A stretch of DNA of 8,486 bases from Fonticula alba ATCC 38817 (Eukaryota > Protista > Nucleariida), in assembly GCA_000388065.2 (NCBI GenBank), contig KB932233.1; one strand, written 5' to 3'. The translations under genes were made by a program, and so were the position numbers. The notes under the pieces are model-generated. The model was given only the letters and a program-made list of their open reading frames with translations, was not told the DNA's origin and ran no database searches. Position 1 is the stretch's first letter; the number at the start of each line of letters is the position of its first letter. Below, piece after piece: positions 1 through 7,600 of this stretch.

Positions 1-10
1 CCGCCTGTAG

Positions 11-96
11 CAAGCGTTACTTCACCTGCAAGCCCAACCACGGGTCCTTTGTCCCGATCGAGCGGGTTACCTTTGTTCTGTCGGCCAAGTCCGTCG
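11..96 (+). CDS. CLIP-like exon: CAP-Gly C-terminal half
   Basis: Acceptor TAG at 8-10; codons from 12 read KRYFTCKPNHGSFVPIERVTFVLSAKSV; donor GTGCGT at 97 (phase 1). Confidence 0.85.
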
Positions 97-3000
97 GTGC
101 GTCTGGTGGACACCCCTCTCGCCGCTTTCCCTTTGTGGTGTCGTCGTCAGCGTGCCCCCCCTGCTCTGCTCCGAATGGCACAGACCTTCTTACTTCCCAC
201 CGCCCCCCCCCCCCCTCCCCCCCGGTCCGTGCGCTCGCCAGCTCTTGAGGCCGCCCGCCAGACCAAGCCCTCCGCCTCCAGCCCGACTGCCTCCTCACCA
301 CCGAGCCGCCAGTCTCTCGTTGGTACATACCTCCCCCATCCCCCCACCCCTTTCCTCCGATCCCCTCCCCGAGCGCCCAATCTAACTGGTTGGGCCCACC
401 AGCGGAGCACCGCCGCCTCTCTGCCCAACACCGCTCCATCCGAGAGTCTCTATCCAGCCTGTCTCCTCCTGCTGCCGCCGCCGAAGCTGACCGTCGCCTG
501 CCGCTGCCGCCGCCGCCGCCGCCGCCGCCGTCTCTGCTCCATCACCCCTCGCCCCCCGCCTCGCCTGGCCTCCTGGGCATAGGCTCCGCCAGTGGTGCCG
601 CGGCTCCCCGGCGCGGGGCAGCGGCCCCTGCCGACGACACTGAGGTTCGCCAGCTCCGGGCCGAGCTGGCGCGCATTTCCGCCGCGCGTGATGCCCTTGA
701 GGCCGAAATTGCGGCCCTCCGTCAGCTGGAGCAGCCGCCCGCCGATGCCCCCGGCGCCGGCCAGGACACCGAGGCCCTCAAGCGCCGGATCGAGCAGCTC
801 GAGGGTGAATGCCAGCGCCTGAAACAGGCCCGGCCCTCCCCGGCCGAGGAGGGTGCCGCCGCATCCCCGGCCCCCGGGCCCGACCCTGAGGTCGAGGAGC
901 TGCGCGCCCGTGTGGCCCAGCTCGAAGCCGAAGCCACCGCGGCCAGCGATCTCCACGACACCCTGGTCAAGAAGGAGGCCGACTTCCAGGACATCCTGGC
1001 CAAGAAGGAGGCCGACCAGGCAGCCCTGGATGCCCAGCTGGAGGCCGTCACCGCCGAGCACGCGGCCCGTGTGGCCAAGCTGGAGGCCGAAGCCGCCAGC
1101 CATGCGGCTCGTGCGGCCGAGCTGGANNNNNNNNNNGCCCAGCTGGAGGCCGTCACCGCCGAGCACGCGGCCCGTGTGGCCAAGCTGGAGGCCGAAGCCG
1201 CCAGCCATGCGGCTCGTGCGGCCGAGCTGGAGGCCGCCGCCTCGGCCGGCGAGTCCGATCTGACCAGTCAGCTAGCTGCCTCCTCGGCCCGTGTTGCCGA
1301 GTTGGAGGCCGCTGCTTCCAACTCTTCGGCCCGCGTTGCCGAGTTGGAGGCCGCTGCCCTGGCTTCAACTGCCCGCGTTGCCGAGCTGGAAACCGTCGCG
1401 TCGTCTGCCTCGGCACGGGTGACCGAGCTGGAGTCCGAGGTCACCGTGGCCACCGGCCGGATCAGCACCCTGGAGGCCGCGGCCGCCGGGGGGTCCGAGC
1501 TGGCCGAGCAGCTGGCCGCCTCGGCCGGGCGCGTTGCCGAGCTGGAGACCGCCAACGCCGCTGCGTTGGCCCGCGTCACCGAGCTGGAGGCCGCTGCATC
1601 GGCTTCGGCCGAGTGCGTGGCCACCCTGGAAGCCGCGGTCGCCACGTCCGCCGCCCAGGTGACCGAGCTGGAGACCGCCAACGCCACTTCCCTGGCCCGG
1701 ATTGCCGAGCTGGAGACCGCCAACGCCACTTCCCTGGCCCGGATTGCCGAGCTGGAGGGCCTGGTTGCCACGTCCGCTGCCCAGGTGGCCGAGCTGGAGA
1801 CCACTGTCTCGGCCTCGGCCCAGCACACCGCCCAGCTGGAGGCCGNNNNNNNNNNGCTGGAGGGCCTGGTTGCCACGTCCGCTGCCCAGGTGGCCGAGCT
1901 GGAGACCACTGTCTCGGCCTCGGCCCAGCACACCGCCCAGCTGGAGGCCGAGGCGGAGGTCGCCGCATCGCGTCTTGCCGAGCTGCAGGCCATTTCGTCG
2001 GCCTCCTCGGCCGGGCAGTCCGAGCTGGCCGAGCAGCTTGGCGCCTCGGCCAGCCGCATCGCCGAGCTGGAGGCATCGCTTTCGGCCTCCTCGGCCCGGA
2101 TGGCCGAGCTCGAGGCCACTGCCTCTGCTTCCTCGACCCAGACCACCGAGCTTCAGGCGTCCCTCGCCGCGGCTTCGGCTCGGGTGGCCGAGCTCGAGGC
2201 CGGGGCCGGTGCCTCTTCGGCCCGGGCCTCCGAGCTGGAGGCTGCCGCCGCCGCCTCCACTGCCCATGTGGCCGAGTTGGAGGCCGCTGCGGCCGCCACG
2301 GCCGCTCGGGTGGCCGAGCTTGAGGCCATGGTCGCCTCGTCGGCGGCTCGGGTGGCCGAGCTGGAGGCCGCGGCCGCGGCCGCCTCCGGCGACAGCTCGG
2401 CCTTGACCGAGCAGTTGGCCGCCTCGTCGGCCCGCGCCGCCGAGGCCGAAGCCGCCGCCGGGGCCGCCGCCCAGCAGCTTGCCAGCCTGACCGAGGAGCT
2501 GACTGTTTCGTCGGCCCGCGCCGCCGAGGCCGAGGCCGCCGCCGGGACAGCCAACCAGCAGCTTGCCAGCCTGACCGAGCAGCTGGCCGCCTCATCGGCC
2601 CGGATTGCCGAGCTGGAGGCAGCCACCTCGGAGCAGGCTGCCGCTTCGGAACAGGCTGCCAGCGGCCTGGCCGAGCAGCTGGCCGCCTCGTCGGCCCGAG
2701 TGGCCGAGCTGGAGAGCGCGGTGGTGGCCGCGTCGGCCAGTACCGCCGATCTGGCCAGCCAGCTGGCCGCCTCCTCGGCCCGGACTGCCGAGCTGGAGGG
2801 AGCCCTGGCCACTTCGGCCGCGCGTGCGGCCGAGCTGGAGGCCGCCACGTCCGACCAGTCGAGCCTGGCCGAGCAGCTGGCCACCGCTTCGGCACACACT
2901 GTCCAGCTGGAGGCCCAGCTGGCGGAGCAGGCCCGCGAGCTGGACCGGCTCCGGGCCAGCGACACCCAGACCGGCGAGATGCTCATGCTGCTGAGCGAGA

Positions 3001-3509
3001 AGTCGGCCAATGCCTCGCTGCAGGTGGCCGAGTTGGAGAGCTCGCTGCGCACGGCACAGGCGCGCATCCGCCAGTTGGAGCAGACCGCCGGCCCCGGGTC
3101 TCCGGGTGGCAGCAGCCCGACCGCCGACTTCCAGGAGGCCGTCATCGCGCGGATCCAGACCCGCCTGACGGAGGCCGAATCGCGGGTGGCCCAGCTGGAG
3201 CAGGAGAACCAGCAGCTCCGGGCGCAGGTGCCGGCCCCGGCCCCCCGGGGCCCGGTGGCCCGCGCGGCCTTCGACTACTCGGCTCCCTCCCCGGCGGCCG
3301 GGTCATTTGTTGAGTGTGCCCTGTGCGGGGCGGCTGGTCATTCGACTCTCGACTGCCCGACCACCTCCATGTCCCCGGGCCGGGGCGTTTCGGCGCCCGT
3401 CGCTGCCGGCGCCAGCGCCACCGCCACCACCACCAAGCGCGAGACTCTCTGCCAGCTGTGTCAGGCCACCGACCACGAGTCGCTGGACTGCACCATGGTC
3501 GAGTTCTGA
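11..3509 (+). CDS. CLIP1: CLIP-170/CLIP1 (restin; Bik1/Tip1)-like CAP-Gly, coiled-coil, double zinc-knuckle protein; 5'-partial, join(11..96,242..322,403..3509)
   Basis: Exon 11-96 reads KRYFTCKPNHGSFVPIERVTFV, the C-terminal half of a CAP-Gly domain. The long exon encodes ~900 aa of heptad coiled coil, two C-x2-C-x4-H-x4-C knuckles and ends TMVEF-TGA (3507-3509). CAP-Gly + rod + two CCHC + acidic-aromatic tail is the CLIP-170 architecture; p150Glued lacks the knuckles. Splice phases are consistent. The symbol is a family-level assignment from architecture, not a database hit. Confidence 0.82.
242..322 (+). CDS. CLIP-like exon: basic/Ser-rich segment (ALEAARQTKPSASSPTASSPPSRQSLV)
   Basis: Poly-C tract (~203-223) then CAG at 239-241; phase 1 in and out; donor GTACAT at 323. 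Confidence 0.65.
403..3509 (+). CDS. CLIP-like terminal exon: linker, coiled-coil rod, zinc knuckles, stop
   Basis: Branch-point CTAAC 382-386 and CAG 400-402; phase matches ORF 390..3509. The 5' boundary is less certain because TAG at 580-582 is also in phase. Confidence 0.8.
507..530 (+). repeat. (CCG)8 trinucleotide repeat, encoding poly-Pro if 403-582 is exonic
   Basis: Eight perfect CCG units. Confidence 0.85.
1127..1136. other. 10-N assembly gap flanked by an exact 95-bp duplication (1032-1126 = 1137-1231)
   Basis: Direct sequence comparison. Confidence 0.95.
1846..1855. other. 10-N assembly gap flanked by an exact 95-bp duplication (1751-1845 = 1856-1950)
   Basis: Direct sequence comparison. 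Confidence 0.95.
3315..3356 (+). other. CCHC zinc knuckle 1 (CALCGAAGHSTLDC)
   Basis: C-x2-C-x4-H-x4-C read directly from the translation. Confidence 0.88.
3450..3491 (+). other. CCHC zinc knuckle 2 (CQLCQATDHESLDC)
   Basis: C-x2-C-x4-H-x4-C, five residues before the stop, like the distal CLIP-170 knuckle. Confidence 0.88.
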
Positions 3510-3532
3510 GCACTCGCTGCCGGTGCCCTCTG

Positions 3533-4232
3533 NNNNNNNNNNNNNNNNNNNNNNNNNNNNNNNNNNNNNNNNNNNNNNNNNNNNNNNNNNNNNNNNNNNN
3601 NNNNNNNNNNNNNNNNNNNNNNNNNNNNNNNNNNNNNNNNNNNNNNNNNNNNNNNNNNNNNNNNNNNNNNNNNNNNNNNNNNNNNNNNNNNNNNNNNNNN
3701 NNNNNNNNNNNNNNNNNNNNNNNNNNNNNNNNNNNNNNNNNNNNNNNNNNNNNNNNNNNNNNNNNNNNNNNNNNNNNNNNNNNNNNNNNNNNNNNNNNNN
3801 NNNNNNNNNNNNNNNNNNNNNNNNNNNNNNNNNNNNNNNNNNNNNNNNNNNNNNNNNNNNNNNNNNNNNNNNNNNNNNNNNNNNNNNNNNNNNNNNNNNN
3901 NNNNNNNNNNNNNNNNNNNNNNNNNNNNNNNNNNNNNNNNNNNNNNNNNNNNNNNNNNNNNNNNNNNNNNNNNNNNNNNNNNNNNNNNNNNNNNNNNNNN
4001 NNNNNNNNNNNNNNNNNNNNNNNNNNNNNNNNNNNNNNNNNNNNNNNNNNNNNNNNNNNNNNNNNNNNNNNNNNNNNNNNNNNNNNNNNNNNNNNNNNNN
4101 NNNNNNNNNNNNNNNNNNNNNNNNNNNNNNNNNNNNNNNNNNNNNNNNNNNNNNNNNNNNNNNNNNNNNNNNNNNNNNNNNNNNNNNNNNNNNNNNNNNN
4201 NNNNNNNNNNNNNNNNNNNNNNNNNNNNNNNN
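3533..4232. other. 700-N scaffold gap in the convergent intergenic/3'UTR region
   Basis: Run of N. Confidence 1.
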
Positions 4233-4267
<35 letters not shown>

Positions 4268-4324
4268 CCCGCCCCTCTCTCCCTCTCTCTGTCTGTCTCT
4301 CTGTCTCTCTGTCTCCTTCCCTCC
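4233..4324. repeat. (CT)n microsatellite and degenerate CT-rich tract at the gap edge
   Basis: Perfect (CT)14 at 4233-4260, followed by CTCT/GTCT variants; probable cause of the gap. Confidence 0.95.
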
Positions 4325-4587
4325 ATGCATTATCGCTCTCAGCGGGGACATCTGGGTGTATTTTGGCTTGCTTCACGAGGAAGAGGGAGCAGGGAACCCA
4401 GCTCCCGTCACTTGATCGTCAGTGAAAGATTGGCCTCTGCAGGATTAAAAGCTGGGTGCGGGCCTCGTATCGCCCTTCTTTGAGCTCCTTTCATCTCTTG
4501 GGTCTGGGCTGTGGTCATGCTCGCTCCGGGGCCTTGTTGTGTGGCGCTATGGCCCCTGCTGTGGGATTCCAACTCCTTCGTGGCCAA

Positions 4588-4657
4588 TTACTGGCCACTT
4601 GCAGCATCCTTGCGCGGGTCTCGGTGGGTGCTGACAGACTCGATGCCGAAGGAATAG
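4588..4657 (-). CDS. PFKFB: PFKFB exon 9: YSFGIESVSTHRDPRKDAASGQ*
   Basis: Acceptor CAG ending 4658; phase fits; ESVSTHR resembles the conserved post-phosphatase E(S/A)VxTHR of animal PFKFBs; TAA at 4590-4588. Confidence 0.75.
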
Positions 4658-7600
4658 CTGTCTCCCCAGCGTGAAAGGCGGCGTGCGGAGCGGGTGTTTT
4701 TTTTTCGCAAGGAGACACGTGTGAGTGACCAGCCGGTGACGAAGCCCGGTGGTCGCAGCAGCAGCAGCAGCAGCAGCAAAGGCAGCGATGGCGTTGCGGA
4801 CAAAATGGCAACAGGCGGAGGACGGTGCTCCTTCTGCCACAGTGGGGAGGGCATGCGCGCATGTCAGCAGGGAGCGTACCGGTTCTCGCTCCAGCCGGCG
4901 GGGGTCGGTGTGAGCTCCAGAACGCCATGCAGGGGAATCTGCCGATTGGCCGGCAGAATGGCCAAGACCGACCGGGCAAGTGGCCTGAGTGAGTACCGTG
5001 TGGCCGACCGGGCAAAGGACAGAGGACAAGCAACGGAAGGGGGGAAGGGGTCTGGCCGCGGGCGCACCTCGATGTACGGCATCGACTCCACCGGGATGCC
5101 AAACATCCAAGCGTACACGCAGCGGAGGATGGCCTGGTGGCCGACGATCAGGAGATTCTCCGACGTCCGGCACTCGATGGCCAGCAGGACCGGCTCCAAG
5201 CGCAGCAGCACATCGCGGTAGGACTGGCCAGGAGGTCCATGGGTCAGACTAGGCGTGTGACATGAAAGAAGCAGCATGAAAGGGATGGCACAGGAAGACC
5301 AGCCAGGGAGCGAACAACCGGGGAGGCCACCAAGTGAAGCATGCTCCATGTACCTCGCCCTCCGGGTATCGGTAGTTCAGCTTGTCGTCGTCGCGGGCCG
5401 CAAAGTCCGCCGGATACCGCTCCTACACCGGTGGCGGAGACACGCGCACCCCTCCCCCGAGGGGAGAGGCCGAGAAAGGAAGGAAAAGGAACGTGGGCTC
5501 GCATGTAAGGGCGAGGATGGCAAAAACAAAAAAAAGGAAGAGAAGAGATGGGAGAAGCAGCATATCCATGCCCGCCCTTCCCCCTCCCCCGCGGCCTTGC
5601 TTCCCCAGGCGGACATACCTTCACCTGGGCATAGGTCAGCCCGTCGCACAGACCGGCATCCAGCTCGTCCAGCGCGGCCCACGAGTACTTCATGGTGGCC
5701 GGCGGAAGGTGACTGGCCGTCTCGATGGTCCGGGACAAAGTCGAAGTCCACACCTCGAATTTGGGCCCCCAGCAGCCGGCGCTGACGGCCGCCACGGCCG
5801 CAGCGGTGGCCGTGGCCACGCACGCGCCACCCTCCGACGTCGGGTGGCTGGCACAGGGGTCCATCCCCGGCGACTCGGCAGCCGGGGACTCCGCCGGGAA
5901 GAGCTTCTTGCGCAGGTACTGGCCCAGAGCCCGGGCATAGGCCACCCCGCGCTCGCTGAGGTCCGAGTCGCCGCCCAGCTGCCCGGACAGGTTGAAGACA
6001 CTCTCCCCATGCCGGGTGAGGTACACCCGGCGAAGGGGATGGGCCCCCAAAGCCGGAGACATGCAGGCCGGCGAGGTGGACAGGAGGTCCGGCCCCGGGG
6101 CATCCGGCTGCAAGAGCGGGCTGGACCCGCTGGCTACATGGCACCCGGCCAGCGCATCGGCCAGGTCGTCCTCATCCTGCTCATCGGCTTGGTGCTGGTG
6201 ATCCCGCAGACCGGGCCCATTCGAGTGCAGGGGCGACATCCGGTCGAAGTCGCCCGGACCGCGAGGGAAGCCGGCCGGTCCGCGGACCGGCATATCCAGC
6301 GCCCCAAGCGGCCCCACCACCGGCGAGGAGTTCAGCGAGTTCAGCGCCACAATGTCCCCGCCAAGATGCTCACGCAGGACCGTGAAGGTGCTGGCGCTCT
6401 CCATGGCCTCGGCACTGGTGGGGAAGGTGCCAGTGTCATTGCGCTGGGCGGTGGACACCGGATTCGGCGCGTCCGGCCGCACGCAGGCCAGCAGCCGCGA
6501 CAGCCGGGTGGCCATGTCCCGCGCCGAGGGACTCAGCGCCCACCGCCGAGGCACCCCGCCGCCAGACAGCCGGGCATTCACCTCCGGCAGGTAGCGCCCG
6601 GTCTTGGTCAGCAGGCGAATGTACGCGCCCTCCTGGCAAGCGACCTCCTCATATTGGCCTGGCGGGGCCGGCCGAGCATGGCCGGGCGCCCGGGCGGGGT
6701 GGTGAGACGCGAGGAACTTGCATCGTGTGTCAAAGTGTCATGCGTACTTTCATAGTAGGAGATACGCTGCATGAAGTCCCGCTCGGCCACCTCGGCCTCC
6801 ACCAGGGAGTAGTCTGGCGACGCGGTCTTCAGAATGCGCACGCTCTCCTTGATGCGCTCCTGATCGGTGCAAACCGACTCGATAAAGAGAACCTACATGT
6901 GGCAGTGGCGTCCCAGGGCGGGCGGGAAAATATGGTCAGAGGGGTGAAAGGCAGATCATCAGCGGGCGAAGGATGAGCCCGTCCCCCCCCCTCCGCCGCC
7001 GCCCCCCTGCCCCCCCCCTCTAACACCAGTCAGACAAAAAAGAGAATCCCACCCCGGAGCCGATGTGAAGCCCCAGCTACCCGATAGGCAGCTCTAGCAC
7101 ACCCGGGGCGAGGAGGGAGCAGGCCCGACAATGGCGAGAGCAAAGAGCAGCGCACCTGGGCGTCGATGGCGTCGCACGCCTGGCGAATGAACGACCGGCG
7201 GGAGGAGGTGCTGTTGGTGGCGTCGAAGATGGCAATGTGCCGGGTGCCACGGCGCAGGAACCTTCAACCCCGAGCACGGGAATGTCGACAAATGGTCAGC
7301 ACACTCAGAGCACAGGGCAAGCGGCCCGGAGGCAAGCACCTGGCGGTCGGGCGCACTCAATCATGTCGTTCAGAGCCGCCTGGGCTGCCTGTTCACGGCG
7401 GTGGGCGGCTGTCTCATTGCGGGGGTCGAAAAACTCGGCCGGCTGCTCGGAGCCACACAGCCGGCGCCGATACTGGCCGACATTGATCAGGATCGATTCG
7501 AGACCCAGGAATTTGGCGTAGCGGTTCAGCCGGGCGGCGATGTGGGACTTGCCTCGAGCGGGCAAACCCACGAGAACTACGCGCAACGACCGGGATAAGC

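Larger units (their letters stand above)
1050..2920 (+). repeat. Degenerate coding tandem repeat, 42-bp/14-aa unit (consensus ~ARVAELEAAAAASS) with 84-bp/28-aa variants
   Basis: Recurrent (G)CCGAGCTGGAG at 42/84-nt spacing; exact 42-bp duplication 1663-1757 (ELETANATSLARIA x2); near-exact 84-bp duplication 2424-2591. Confidence 0.9.

Noticed and set aside
1050-2920. Regularly spaced GCCGAGCTGGAG as a CRISPR-like or non-coding repeat array
   Set aside because: Repeats are in-frame codons for AELE, vary at synonymous positions, and lie in a eukaryotic exon with no cas genes.
1268-3145. Long antisense and alternate-frame ORFs over the CLIP rod (1268..2146, 1365..2267, 1576..2895, 2153..3145 and others)
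   Set aside because: Shadow ORFs from high GC and repetitive GCC/GAG/CTG codons, which avoid stops in other frames; translations are low-complexity mirror images with no domain motifs.
3315-3491. CCHC knuckles as a retrotransposon Gag remnant
   Set aside because: No protease, RT, integrase or LTRs; the knuckles are acidic/neutral rather than basic and terminate a CAP-Gly coiled-coil protein.
11-3509. Dynactin p150Glued or a bacterial SMC/tape-measure-type protein as identity of the + gene
   Set aside because: p150Glued has no C-terminal CCHC pair; there are no ABC-ATPase motifs; spliceosomal introns and CAP-Gly show it is eukaryotic.
3142-4483. ORFs of 296-394 aa spanning the gap
   Set aside because: They are open only because N codons are not stops; flanks translate the CT microsatellite.
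5276-6755. + strand ORFs 5382..6755 (457 aa), 5377..6144, 5276..5785
   Set aside because: Antisense to well-supported PFKFB exons; Arg/Gly/Pro-rich with no recognisable motif.
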